This document shows positions 32,184 to 44,710 of a stretch of 64,000 nucleotides of DNA, piece by piece. The DNA is from a virus (Duplodnaviria > Caudoviricetes), in IMG/VR virus record IMGVR_UViG_2926558313_000004, positions 1-64,000 of that record. One strand, written 5' to 3'. The position numbers and the translations under genes were made by a program. Position 1 is the first letter of the stretch. Every line of letters starts with the position of its first letter. Under the pieces are notes generated by a model. The model was not told the origin of the DNA, searched no databases, and worked only from the letters and a program-made list of their open reading frames with translations.

Positions 32184-32738
32184 TCATAACATCAATTTTT
32201 CAATTTCATATTTAAACATTGACTTCACAATATCAATTTCCATTTCGCAAAACCAATCTCTAGGAGCCACATAATCTTCATTATCCAAAATTAATTCCTC
32301 AATCCATCCATCTACGTTATTCGTTAAATATTTACCCTCATAATACAATACCAAATTATCTATGTATTTTATAATTAACTTTTCATCTTCGGTTGGTGGT
32401 TCCAGCCCTACAAATTCATACATTTTATTTTGTACTTTATGTTCAATCGCCTTATAATCCGGAAGAAGCGCTTTTAGAGGACGTGGAATATCAACAATAT
32501 ATGCTTCGCTAAAATCATGCGATAGTGCGTACAATTCAATTTTCTTACTACACCCTAGCTCTCTCGCTACTAGTGCACAAATCATTGAATGCTGCGCCAC
32601 TGAAAAATGAATAGGCAGGTGATTACCAAACCTACATGCTTTTGCTAATGAATGCACAATATCTTCTAAACAAATTTCTTCTAAACTGGGATTTAGGGGA
32701 TGAAACTTCTTACCGCTGTATGTCTCCATCCAAGTCAT
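32184..32738 (-). CDS. HD-domain 5'-deoxynucleotidase-like (YfbR-like)
   Basis: CRF, SVAQHS, HDFSEAY..DIP.PLK. Confidence 0.85.
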   Translation of the reverse strand: MTWMETYSGKKFHPLNPSLEEICLEDIVHSLAKACRFGNHLPIHFSVAQHSMICALVARELGCSKKIELYALSHDFSEAYIVDIPRPLKALLPDYKAIEHKVQNKMYEFVGLEPPTEDEKLIIKYIDNLVLYYEGKYLTNNVDGWIEELILDNEDYVAPRDWFCEMEIDIVKSMFKYEIEKLML

Positions 32739-32917
32739 ATTATCATCTCGTTTCTATATTAGTGTTTCTTCGTTTCTCTTTTTTGTATACTGAATAAGAG
32801 CAATTATCAAGCAACCCAATATCAGCGTTATAAAACTTTCTATAATGGTGATTAAATTTAACTGTCACAATAGCATATTTTATGTATTCTATTATATTAT
32901 TTTTAATTTGTTTATAC

Positions 32918-33475
32918 TTACTTAATTTCATACGGTCTTACTCCCTTTGCTACATCACTGTAAATTTGATCTACGTGAATGGGAGTATAATTAATATTTT
33001 CTACGCTAACACAGTAATGTAGATCCTTATCTAAGCCTTGTACTTGCTCATGAACATGTCCATGAGCGTTTGCAATAATATCAGTATTATTGTATAAGCT
33101 TCTCAGGGGTGTAATCTGCTGAGGATAATGACTCAATAGCAGTTCTTCAAATACATAATAATTGTATGGCTCAAATCCTAATTTACGATACTTTGTATTA
33201 CTACTTTTATCATGATTACCTTTTATTAGAGTCTTGCGCCCGTTCAATCTATCACTTATGTATTTCATTTTCTGTGCACCACAGAAGAAAACGTCGCCTA
33301 GGTGAAAGATTAAGTCATTAGGCTTGACCACTTTATTCCAATTTTCAATAAGAATCTCATTCATTTCGTCAGCATCCTTAAATGGACGTGAAGAGAATTC
33401 AATTATTCGTGAATGATCCCAATGTGTATCGCTAATTAACCAAATGTCCTGAAAACCAATCATATAACACCTCAC
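32918..33475 (-). CDS. calcineurin-like metallophosphoesterase
   Basis: SDTH, HLGD, GNHD, SHYP, HGHVH. Confidence 0.9.
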   Translation of the reverse strand: MRCYMIGFQDIWLISDTHWDHSRIIEFSSRPFKDADEMNEILIENWNKVVKPNDLIFHLGDVFFCGAQKMKYISDRLNGRKTLIKGNHDKSSNTKYRKLGFEPYNYYVFEELLLSHYPQQITPLRSLYNNTDIIANAHGHVHEQVQGLDKDLHYCVSVENINYTPIHVDQIYSDVAKGVRPYEIK

Positions 33476-34360
33476 AATTTATTTATAACACCTCATATTT
33501 ATGAATAGTATCTAATAATACTTGTTACTACGTCTTCCCTTAATCATAATAAATTTCAAACGCGTTCGTATCTGATAATATCTCAAAATTGCTTTTTGCC
33601 ACGGATTTAACTCAAGACCACTATATTTTTCAATAAAATAAAATATGTTATTTTTACATTTAATTAATTCCTCTTCATTCATGTGATTTTCCTTTCTGTA
33701 TTTTTCTATGCTCATCCTTCAAAATGATGCTTTTATTTCACTACACTCAAAATTAACTGCTTAACTTTATCAAATTCACTATCCTTTATTAAAATTTTGT
33801 CATCTGGATTAGTAGCAAAAAACCCAATTGTCACGTAAACGTACTCTCTCACACACTCATCGAAATCCTCCTCGAATTCAATGACTTCTTTCCACTCTGT
33901 CCACTCTAGAACAACGTTTGCAGTGAATTTAAATTGTTTTAAATCACTTGTTTTCACGTTAGGAAGCTTTTGATTGCAACAGTGACAGTAGGCTTTAAGT
34001 GTTTTATATTCCAGTATTACGAAGTTACTCTCTTTTTTCACAATATTCACACCTTAATATAATTTTTATTTTCACCCTTTACTTATTTTTCTTTGAAATT
34101 TTAACTACATAATCCTTTTGTGAGAATACTTCAATGATATTATTGCGTCGTTTAAGCATGTCTTCCATAGTTTCATAAAACCTAAGTTGTGTTTTCTTTC
34201 CAGTTAAACTTAACATGAAATAACCTTCCAGTTGCGAATGGCAAACCATATAAAAATTATGCTCCCTATGACCACCTGAGCCAAATTGAATGATATCCCC
34301 AACTTTTATATTATTTAATTTACTGTTATCTACTGTAACATTCATTTGCAAATTCTCCTT

Positions 34361-34555
34361 TTATTTTAATTTATTTTTACTCATATCAAATACACATCGA
34401 ATAAATTCATCTTCTGATATTTCTCCCTCTATTACCTTTCGGATCAATCCTTCTTCGGCTTGGTTGAGCTTTTTACCTTCAATTTCTAAAGATGCTATGG
34501 CATTGCGAAATGAGTATGCTTGCTTATCCTCTTTATGCTTTTTGAATACAATCAA
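34361..34555 (-). CDS. VbhA/FicA-like antitoxin
   Basis: NAIASLEIEG matches (S/T)xxxE(G/N); GEISEDEF C-terminus; 64 aa. Confidence 0.65.
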   Translation of the reverse strand: MIVFKKHKEDKQAYSFRNAIASLEIEGKKLNQAEEGLIRKVIEGEISEDEFIRCVFDMSKNKLK

Positions 34556-37500
34556 CCCCTATATCATTCTTCTTATTAATTTATTTAACTTCACTCTCTT
34601 TTTAAAATAAGCGATTTCTTCTTCGGTAGAGCTATAATTAATTTATTTCTTTTATTTAGATTTCTTCAAACTTAACTTCATTCACCTGCTCCACTGGTGT
34701 CATCTCTGTGATAGTAGTACTTCTAACAAATAATTCAATTGTCTCATAAAATTCCGATTCTACATTATATGTAACCAAATTTAAAATTGCATATCCTCGA
34801 TCCCTATCATAAATAACTGTATGTAACTCTTCATGTGAATTAATCAGAAAACAACCTTCTCTAAAAAGATCTTTATTCGTTGAGTCATTTCTCAAGATTG
34901 AATATTTCATTTGTAACAACTCCTTAAAACTCTTCTTTTATTCAATGAATACTTCTGGAAATAGCTCTTTAACTGACACCTTCGTTGATGCGCCATCATC
35001 ATCCGTTATATAAATACCAGTCTCCCCTTTTGGAACATTAGTTTTTACTTTTATTCCATAGGACTCTGCAGATTTCAACATATCTTCCTTGATAATTTTA
35101 AAATCATTCATATGAATTATTCCCTTCTCAAATACTCCTTTTAAATTGAGTCTAAATCAAAGTCTGCATATTCACCAATCAACTTCCCATTTAAATAAAG
35201 TTCTGTTGTAAATAACATCTGTTTAAGTTGAATATCATTTTCTCCTTTTATGACTACTAACTCGAAGTTAGAAGGTTTGTCACTAATTGAAACTCCATTT
35301 ACTCTCAACGTTTGAATAAACCATTTATCTTTTGAATTTAATTCTGCTGTCATTTAATCACCACTCCATTCTCCATATACACCAATTTCTTCTCCCGCTG
35401 ATCCTTTTGCCACGCTGATTGATTTGTGTATTCTGGCTTAATTGGCTGCGCTTTTTCATATTGTGAATGTCCGACTTCTAAGTGATTAAAACTTAATTTA
35501 TTTTCTTTTGTTTTACGATACCACAGTGTTACTGGCTCCATTGGTCATCACTCTCCTTATTCAAATTGATTAAAGCGTTTGATAAAGAATGGATGTTTTT
35601 CCTTCATCATTTTTTCTTTTTCAAATTTTATAATCAAAGGTTTCCATTCTTTAAAATAAGCAAATAAAAACACAGCAATACCAATGACTAAGAATATTGG
35701 TGATACTACATATTTCATAAATGTTAAATCTAATAATGGTTCGTCATATAATCTAACTGTCAAGATTAAAAATGAAATTATTGACATTAGAAATCCCGCT
35801 CCGACTATTTTCAATAATGCTTTTTTTAGAACGATCATATCTCGAATAAATTTACTCATTTCCAACCCCCGCTCAATTAAAAAATATATTTTAATCAACT
35901 TTATTTTCAATTTACAAGAATACGCAATTCTTCCAGACTCATCTGATTCACTTTCTTATGCGCTTGCTCAAGCATCTCTTTCATTTCTTTCTTATAAGAA
36001 ACATTCTTTTCATATTCTTCTTTAGATAACCACAAACGATATGAACATCCGTCTGGAATTCCATATTGAACTTGGTGTGTCTTTTGATCAACTTTATAAC
36101 GCACTTTAGACTTTTCATAATACCAAATATATGCGCTCGTTTTATTCGCTTCTAATACGATCATTTCTTCAAGTTTCTGCTCGTGATCAATATCTCCCCA
36201 AAATTTACTCACTGTTTCGAGCCATACTTTTTGTCCAACCTGTAGAGGTACTTTTTTAGACATTTTGTATTATCCTTTCTCAATTATTTGAATGTTGCTT
36301 TTTAATTCTCTTACCATAAAACTTCACAAAGTCCTCAACGCTCATTTTTTGCGTTACGAGTTTACCACCCATATATAACTCTTCAAAGTCAATATAAATT
36401 TCCCCATTCTGAATATATGGTAAGGTTTGAGCGACTATTTCATCTTGACAATCTACCTCCTCCAAGATCAAATCATATAAAGTAGATAACATTACTTTTA
36501 TAGTCTCATCATATTTTTCTAGCAGATCATTTATATCTTTTGTGACTTCTTGAATATTCAATAATATCCCTCCAAAGTTTCACAGATTATTTTATTTGTG
36601 GAATAACCTTGTCTAAAACTTTCTGTAGCACCTTATCAAGATAATCCAGCAAATCCTCTAATTTATATGCGGCTATTGTTAGCAGAAATAAAGGCAGCCA
36701 TATGGGACTCGTTAGTATCAAAACAAACAATCTCACTTTAAGCATAAGTCTATGTGATTTTTCCGTATAAAATCTACTTACACCTTTTAGATCGTGCCTA
36801 CTCCTCATTCCTTCAATTCACCTCATTTCAATTTTAATTTTTTTAATAAATAATCACCAAAACTTCCACCATTTTTTATTGTGAGTTTTAACTTGAGATA
36901 TTTCATTATGCTTTTCATGACGCATCATAGAAATAAATTCATCAATAGCATCTTCTTTCGCATTTAAATTTATTTCTTTAATTATTTTGTCTGTATGATA
37001 TGTAATTGTATTATCTAGTCCGTACATAACATCTTCAATAACCACCTCATCATTATTAATGTTAACTTTGTTTCCCTTTCTAAATTTAATGGTCATATCC
37101 TCTTCATGAAAAACTAACCTTCCTTTTAACCTGTAGTATTCCATAGGAAACTTCATTGTAGATCCCACTGGTCTAGAAATGTTAAGATATTCTTCACGAA
37201 GTCCAAAATCATCAGTTGTAAACGTCGCTCTATTTCCCATCATCCATTTATTCTCAATTACTTTACCTGTAAAATATGATTTTATTTTAAATACACCTCA
37301 ATTCAGATTCTAATAAAACAGGCATTTTACACAATAACTAAAAGTTTTTTCAGATTTTAAAATCATCAACAATACCTATTCTCGAACTCCCTGACATCAT
37401 TGAAAATTCTTTTCCATGATGGTGACGTTGGCTCAAAACATTTCTCTAGTCGTCTAACATTACTTTCTTGCCTTCTTAGCTCATCTTTCGCTGGTATTAA

Positions 37501-40393
37501 ATCGCCAAACGAGGCATTTAAAATAGCTGTGATACAATTTGCTTCATGTTCATTTAATTCTTGCTTGTTATTAAATTTTTCTATTGCACGATGTGCCAAA
37601 TTATAATCAACATTCACTTTCATATTAGATCCTCCTCAATGAACATTTAGTCAGAATATTGATCAATCTTCGTGATATTCGTATGCTCGTTGTACTTCAT
37701 CGAACTCTTCTTTTGGCAATACATCTTTAGCAACCTGACACCAATAACCTAAATCCTGTGCTGCTTCAATTAATTCATTAATTGCTTGCTCTTGTGAGAT
37801 TCTTTTCTCATCAATAAACAACTCGCCCTCTGTGTTTTTTGTTAGCATATGTGCTCCTTTTTTATGTAAACATACTTTTACTTCTTCCATTTTCAATTCC
37901 TCCTAATTTAATATAATTTAATTAATTTTATTTACTGGTTAATAACTTTCTTTGAATTCAGATTACCACAATGCGTCTTTTGTTTCAATAGTTATTTTTA
38001 TTTTATTTATTAAATTCACTTTAAATCACTATGTCGTATTTTAGATAGTACTATGATACAGCTTAAGAAATAACTCTTCATTAATTTTAATGACCTCTTC
38101 ATTTTCACTGCCACATTTCGTTTGAATAATATCAATTACATTTAAGCCATGTATTCTAAACATAATACTTTCATCAATGTTATAAACCTTTTCGTGAGTT
38201 GGGGTGAAAGGATTTTCCCAATGCAATCTCTCTTCCCAATTTGGATTTTTATATGCGAATAAGCACTCATACATCTCATGCAATTGATCATCAGTTAAGA
38301 CTACTGAATTAGATTCCTGGGTTTTATAGAAAGTCTGAGTTATTTTTAGTGTTTCGTTCTCACTGCTCATTATCAATCTCTGATTCTTATTATCCTTTAT
38401 CGTTAACAACCTTTCCACCCCAATTCAGCTCACTCATATTATTGACATTGATTTTTATTATATCATAGTCCACTTGGTTGTAGATAATGGCGACAACAAC
38501 CATTTTCTTTATGTATTAGATTGTATTTATTCATTGTTTCAACTTTCTTCTCTGCCTCTTCAAGTGTTAGCCCCGTTTCCACTGTCCACCAATAATCCGC
38601 AAATGGACATGTAAAAACAATTTCATATAAGTCATTATTCATTTAGAATCTCCTTAAAGGAAAAATTATTCGCTTTCATAATTTAAAGTAATCCCTATGC
38701 CATCTGTTTTAGCTTTATCAATGAACTTGAAAGTCCCATCTTTAAAATAAATGTTAACTCCATTTTTATAATTCTCTACTTTATTAATGCTATCAGGCGT
38801 TATTGTTATAATATCAACTTCATCTTCACTGAGAACCCTATGGGTTCCGTCTTTATTATAAATTCTCACCATATTTTTCACCTTCGCCCTTCATATAATG
38901 GAAAATTTATCTATTTTAGTTGCTTAAAATGTTTCGCTACCAATCGAAAAGATTTATATAATTCAATTTCTTCTGGAGTTGCTTCTCTTATTTCTTCTAC
39001 TCCGTTAAACCGATAATCACTTTCTACAATATATCCATTTCTGATCCATCTATCTTTATCTCCTAAAATATTCGCCAGCTCTGCTTCGATAATACTGCCG
39101 ATATTCCATGAGTTAATTTTTGCTTTCGACCACAGCGAGACACTTGTTTCAAATTCCGCCATTCATCTTACCCCTTTCACAATTTAATATTATAATTAAA
39201 CTTTACTTGTTTTCATTTAAAAGAAAGATTTCAATTAATCTTCATCCTCAGTTAACTTTTTATATGTATCATTCAGTAGCTCATATAACCCACCATCTTG
39301 TTGCATACTACTACTAACTTCTTCCCTATCAATGATCCTTAATTTAATTAAAATTGTTAGTGACGCTGCTAAACAGTCCTTTAACTCATCTTTCTCCATT
39401 AGTTTACTTCCCCTTTCTATTTTATTTAATATAATTTCCACCAAAAATCAAATATCTTGTTAGTCATATTACCTTTAAGAGAGATGTCTCCCTTATATCT
39501 TCTTATCTTTCTGTGCGATTGTTTTTTAAAGTGTCTACTTCGCTTTCCACGATAGGATCTTTGTTTCCACCCTTCTCTGTTATTAACATTCATCCATGAA
39601 ATTTCACTTAACTTTTTAAGTCTCTCTTTTTCTTTTTTCTTATAATCCCGTTTATGCAATCTCTTTTTCTTTTTACGTTTGGACTTTGAATTATCAATAT
39701 GTAAAAACTCCATCTTTTCCATCAGTGCCTGTATGTACATTTTATAATAGGCATCTTCACTACCCATAGACATCTCATTCACAATTAAGCCTGTCCCAAA
39801 ATCAAAATCCTCTCCTTCCAATTCTGCGTAGGCTAGAAGATCATTCAGTTGGTCGATGTAATCTTGTTTAGTTATTAATTCTTTATTGTTGTAAGTCACC
39901 AATACCACCCCGAAAATTAATAATGATTATTTTATTTTTTTAATTGTTATTTTCAACTTCCCTTCTTCAATTTCAATTTTTTCATAAGTGTTATTATAAT
40001 CATCTTCTTCGCTCCAAGGTGGATAGATTAATTTAATTCTACTCTCCACTTCATTCAATAAATCAATACAAACAATGTCGCTATGATTTAAAATTCTTCC
40101 TAAAATATTTGGTCTGTCTTCAACTTTATTGCTCATGGGATTACTAACAAACATACCTAATGGCTCATCATAATCAAAAGGATTATACACAAGATCGGAT
40201 TCTTCTTGGTATAGCACTTCCAACTCAACACCTTCGGCAAGATAGGCATTCTCTTCATAAAAATCATTAGTGAATGGTTTTAAATCTCCATATTCAAATT
40301 TTAAAATACGTTCAACAGGAATTATGATTGACTCACAATTTTCAAAGATTAATTCAATATATTTAACTTCCACTAACTAATCTCTCCTTTTTA

Positions 40394-40750
40394 TTAATTA
40401 TATAATTTTAATTCTTTAATCCAATCAGGTAGCATATTCGAAGTCATAATTCCATAGTTAACACATGTTAGCGTGTCCGGCTTTAATTGAGTTAACCCAT
40501 TATCTCTAATTACACAATAATTACCTGTTTGCTCAAGCTCCTCTAGTCTCCATTGTGGACATTTGAGAATTATTTTCTTCTGGGCAATCATGTAATCCTC
40601 AAGCGGTTCAATCTTCTTCCCTTCTTGTAATGGTTTGATAGCGTTATAGTAAAGATGACTCATTACTGCATGACCGACTTGCCCTGCTAGCTTACCCTTA
40701 CCAATCTTGATGTTTTCATTAACTAAAATATACATTCTATAATCGTTCAT
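40394..40750 (-). CDS. peptidyl-tRNA hydrolase, PTH2 family
   Basis: GKLAGQVGHA, KKIILK, IRDNGLTQL.P.TLTC. Confidence 0.85.
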   Translation of the reverse strand: MNDYRMYILVNENIKIGKGKLAGQVGHAVMSHLYYNAIKPLQEGKKIEPLEDYMIAQKKIILKCPQWRLEELEQTGNYCVIRDNGLTQLKPDTLTCVNYGIMTSNMLPDWIKELKLYN

Positions 40751-42230
40751 TCTTTACTTCCTCTCTTCAACTTTTTAAAAGTCTTTTCATTTATTTAATC
40801 ATCCCAAAATTTATTTCCTTTAATGATGTGCTCCACAATAATTTTCACAATAATCGGAAACCAAAACAAGGTCACAAATGAGTAAACAGTTGCTAATATT
40901 TTTTTATCCCCAATCAATTTCACTAATAAATTCAAACTATCCAAGAGGTTTGATTCGAGTTTATCTAATTCTTTGCCATTCTCATACTTAATTATAGTGT
41001 GATCCATTACTTTTACTATACATTCTGACATTACAATCCCAAAGAAAAAATATCCACCATATATAATACTGATCATGTGACAACCTCCTCCGTATTCATC
41101 TATATAGGGTATTCATTCTAATTAAGAATTATTAATAGTTGTAAGGAATGGTCGCATTTAAAGAAAATAGTGAATAACAGAAACATTTTTTAATTTTCTA
41201 TCCCTTACTTCTCCTTTCATTAAAAGACCGTTTTTAATTAAATATATTCCCCTGCCGTATAGTTTTCAACGATTCCTTTCTCAGTCAAATCCAACATAAT
41301 TTTTTCAACTTTGTCTTTTACCGTCAGAGCGAATTTAAAATTTGGGTCTTGTGATAAGTAATATTGATAATCATAAGGTTGTAAAAAGTTTTCATCTAAT
41401 ACGTCAATTTTAAAACTACTATCTTCTTTTTTAACTGTGAGATTGAATGTAATATCCTCTTCAACTGTTTTACAATAATGCCAATATCCTTTTCTATACT
41501 CTGTGAAGGACAATTCTCTCATTTGCATATCATTTAATATGTTTACTTTCATAATTTTACTCTCCTTTAGAAAATTATTTAAATTGTAATTCCCCTTTAA
41601 AATAATTGGATAAAGCTTCATGAATATCAATACAGCTTACTTCTCTGCTCTTTTGTTCTACTTTTAAATTACCTGTTATCATTTGTTCATCATCATAAAG
41701 AATTTTAAAGTTAACCATATCTCTATATTTACCAGTAACATCACATAAAACAGTATTCACCTGATTGATAGTAATATAACCTTTCATATTCCCTCCTATG
41801 ATTTTTTTGATTAAAATGAGAATATTATATTATTTAATTTATTTCTTTACTTCTTCTCTGTTTACTTCTATTCTCCACGCTTTATTCAGATCGCTAAAAT
41901 TTCTAGTGATCATTTCTCCAAATATAAGATGTCTGTCGCTCCACCCCTTATTAACTTCATTATGTAACTGTTCTTTGATAACTGTGGCATCATTATAACC
42001 TTTATGTAAATTCGCTTTAGGATTCCATTCTTTATACCAATACCTTAATTCAGAAAGAGAATTTTTATTCCCTATACGTTCTAATGCATCACATAACAAT
42101 TTTTTAAGCGCTCTTTCTTTTCTAGTCAAACCAATCATGTTTATTTTATTTTTATTATTTATTTTATTTAAATTCTTTTTCTGTTTTTCAGTTAAATTAA
42201 ACTCTTTAGATGTAGGAGAGATTACATTAT

Positions 42231-42400
42231 TTGAACTACTCACCACTTAACACCCTTCGGGTTGTTTGAAGTGGGAGATTCTTGGGAATAGAGCGTACTT
42301 GTTAGCGTATTTCTTTGCCAACAGAGGTTTCTCTTATTGACCAAGCTATCCCCGTAGATTCCTACGGTTCTATATTTTTTGTTTAAGCCAAAACTAAGGC
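42231..42400 (-). ncRNA. TnpB omega/reRNA (right end)
   Basis: Structured non-coding region overlapping the tnpB 3' end through the element right end; 5' boundary approximate. Confidence 0.65.
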
Positions 42401-43525
42401 TCTTAAACCTTCGGCTAGGATATTTTTGCTGGCATTTATATCTCTATCGTGATGTTCGTGGCAAACAGGACAAGTCCAATCCCTTATTTCAAGAGATTTC
42501 TTGCCATCTTGATGTCCACAATCGGAACATATTTGACTAGACGGAAACCATCTGCTTATTTTCACGATTGTTTTACCATACCATTTCGCTTTGTATTCTA
42601 ATTTAGTTACAAAGGCAGACCATGATACATCAGAGATTGATTTTGCTAACTTATGATTGCGTAACATTCCTTTGGTGTTCAAGTCTTCGATACAGACAAT
42701 ATCGTGGTTTTTGATGATTTCTGTACTTAACTTGTTAAGAAAATCGTCACGTTGGTTCATTACTCTCTCATGCAATCTAGCAACTTTACGCTTTTGTTTC
42801 TGATAGTTTTTTGCATCAAGAAGGTTAATACCATTGTTTTTAGCATTTAACGCACGTCTTGAGAGTTTTCGCTGTTCACGTTTTAGTTTCTTTTCCATTT
42901 TTGATGTGAATTTCTTATTATCAATCTTGCGACCATCAGAAAGAATGGCAAAGTCAGTAATGCCTAAGTCTATACCAATAGATGATTCAGTTTTCTCCAA
43001 TGGCTGTACTTCTATTTCTGCAAGAATGGATACAAAGTATTTACCACTAGGATTTCGTCTAACAGTAGCATTAAGGAGACGACCATGTACTTCACGACTT
43101 TTGGCAAAGCGAACAAGACCAAGTTTCGGCAATTTGATTTTGCTGGCTACAATGGCAATGTTATTGTTTGTTCCTTTAGTCGTGTAGGATTGTACTTTAT
43201 TCTTTTTAGACTTGAAGCGCGGTGCTTTATTTTGTTTCTTGAAGAATCGAGTATACGAATCAGCAAGGTTTTTCAGTGATGATTGAAGGGCAATGCTATC
43301 AACTTCTTTTAACCATACTAATTCTTTTTTTAATTGTGTTAACTGAGCAGAACAAGAATTATAAGTTAATCCTTTGCCAGTTTCTTTGTATGTATCGTTC
43401 CATTGACCTAAAAAGCGATTAAATACAAAACGACTACATCCTATTGTTTTAGCAATTAAGATTTCCTGTTCTTTGGTTGGATAGATACGGAATTTGTACG
43501 CTTTGTTGACTAACATTGTTTCCAC
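42383..43525 (-). CDS. tnpB: RNA-guided endonuclease TnpB
   Basis: KAYKFRIYP HTH, RuvC GIDLG / IEDL / DRDINA intact, Zn ribbon. Confidence 0.95.
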   Translation of the reverse strand: METMLVNKAYKFRIYPTKEQEILIAKTIGCSRFVFNRFLGQWNDTYKETGKGLTYNSCSAQLTQLKKELVWLKEVDSIALQSSLKNLADSYTRFFKKQNKAPRFKSKKNKVQSYTTKGTNNNIAIVASKIKLPKLGLVRFAKSREVHGRLLNATVRRNPSGKYFVSILAEIEVQPLEKTESSIGIDLGITDFAILSDGRKIDNKKFTSKMEKKLKREQRKLSRRALNAKNNGINLLDAKNYQKQKRKVARLHERVMNQRDDFLNKLSTEIIKNHDIVCIEDLNTKGMLRNHKLAKSISDVSWSAFVTKLEYKAKWYGKTIVKISRWFPSSQICSDCGHQDGKKSLEIRDWTCPVCHEHHDRDINASKNILAEGLRALVLA

Positions 43526-43526
43526 C

Positions 43527-43925
43527 TCACTTTAGACCTTGATTTTCAATGTACTTTTTAACTACGTTGATTGGAGATCCACCAGTAGTTAGTAAGCAAA
43601 AACTTCTCGACCAAAACATTTCTTTCCATAGCTTTTTTCTTATTTGTGGGAAGTCACGTTTTATCAGACGAGAACTTGCACTTTTATAAGCATTTATGAA
43701 CTTTGACAATTCTGTATTAGGGTGTGCTTTGAACAAGATGTGAACATGGTCTTTATCATGATTCCATTCGACTAGGGAGATATTATATTTCTCGCCTAGC
43801 TTTACAAACATATCCTCAGCATAGTCAGATACTTTATCATCAAAGACTTCTCTACGATATTTTACAACTAGTACAAGATGGTAATACATTAAGAATACTG
43901 AATGATTATTACTGTCCAATTTCAT
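43527..43925 (-). CDS. tnpA: IS200-type HUH (Y1) transposase
   Basis: YHLVLVVKYRR, DHVH, KYIENQ. Confidence 0.95.
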   Translation of the reverse strand: MKLDSNNHSVFLMYYHLVLVVKYRREVFDDKVSDYAEDMFVKLGEKYNISLVEWNHDKDHVHILFKAHPNTELSKFINAYKSASSRLIKRDFPQIRKKLWKEMFWSRSFCLLTTGGSPINVVKKYIENQGLK

Positions 43926-44117
43926 TACAATATCAGCCTTTCTCTTATATAAGACTGATTATATCAATAAGGTATGAAGTGGGCAACAAAAAGCCTTTAG
44001 GCTATCGCCTAACCGACATTCATCTCCCCCTTATCGTTGGGCTTCGCCCTTCACACGATTGAAGAGGGAGTCTTCTGTCGGAATACAGATAAAATAATTC
44101 CTTTGTTCTTTTTGATT

Positions 44118-44166
44118 AAAAAGACAGGCCTTAGTTTGTCTAATTTAACGAAATGCCTGTCTTTTT
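44118..44166. terminator. Bidirectional terminator-like hairpin
   Basis: AAAAAGACAGGC...GCCTGTCTTTTT inverted repeat. Confidence 0.6.
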
Positions 44167-44251
44167 AGGGTTCACAAGGGTTTATACTTTGCAATGAGAA
44201 CTTTTCTTGTTATACTTGCTCTTGGGTATAAATTTAGAGACTACTGTTGGC

Positions 44252-44485
44252 TCAGTGGTCTTTCTTTTTATCATCTTCTACTTCTTCTACTTGCAAATCA
44301 TCTATAGACCAATCAAACACATCTAAATCTTCATCCTCTCCATTAATATTGCTAATTTTTAAACTTTTTAAAACACTAACCTCATTACTTACTTTTTTTA
44401 AAAGTCTATGCAATGCTTCTTCCTCCGTCTCACCTCCTAACTCTAAAGCAAAATTAATAGTTAGAATCCCATTACCAATATACAT
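44252..44485 (-). CDS. hypothetical acidic protein (start likely MYIGNG)
   Basis: ORF with GAGGGG RBS before the ATG, preceded by a promoter with an SOS-box-like site. Confidence 0.55.
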   Translation of the reverse strand: MYIGNGILTINFALELGGETEEEALHRLLKKVSNEVSVLKSLKISNINGEDEDLDVFDWSIDDLQVEEVEDDKKKDH

Positions 44486-44548
44486 TTTTATTTCCCCCTC
44501 ACTGTTGTGTTTTAATCTGTGCCTTTTGGCGGTTTTAGCGAACACCTA

Positions 44549-44562
44549 CAAACAAATGTTCT
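44549..44562. promoter_or_regulatory. putative LexA (Cheo) box
   Basis: AGAACATTTGTTTG on the minus strand, just downstream of TGTATAAT. Confidence 0.5.
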
Positions 44563-44710
44563 TATTTCTATTATACAATAGAAATATGGTAAAATCTATA
44601 TTGCTAACCCAAATTGTTTTCTCCTTATTTTAAGCACTATACTATTTTAACAATTTTTGTTATCATATTTGTTATTATAGTGATTAGAACTTTTGTAGGA
44701 GGACTTTCTT

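Larger units (their letters stand above)
23404..42230 (-). other. Array of ~55 small co-oriented accessory ORFs, mostly hypothetical
   Basis: Densely packed 60-180 aa minus-strand ORFs, most with their own RBS. Confidence 0.8.
42231..44088 (-). mobile_element. IS200/IS605-family element (tnpA+tnpB)
   Basis: tnpA and tnpB, subterminal hairpins at both ends; right end terminates in TTCAA (42231); left end follows TTTAT (44093-44089). Confidence 0.88.

Noticed and set aside
41839-42246. 135-aa ORF as annotated
   Set aside because: Its first codons lie inside the IS605 right end; the true start is uncertain (perhaps ATG at 42139)
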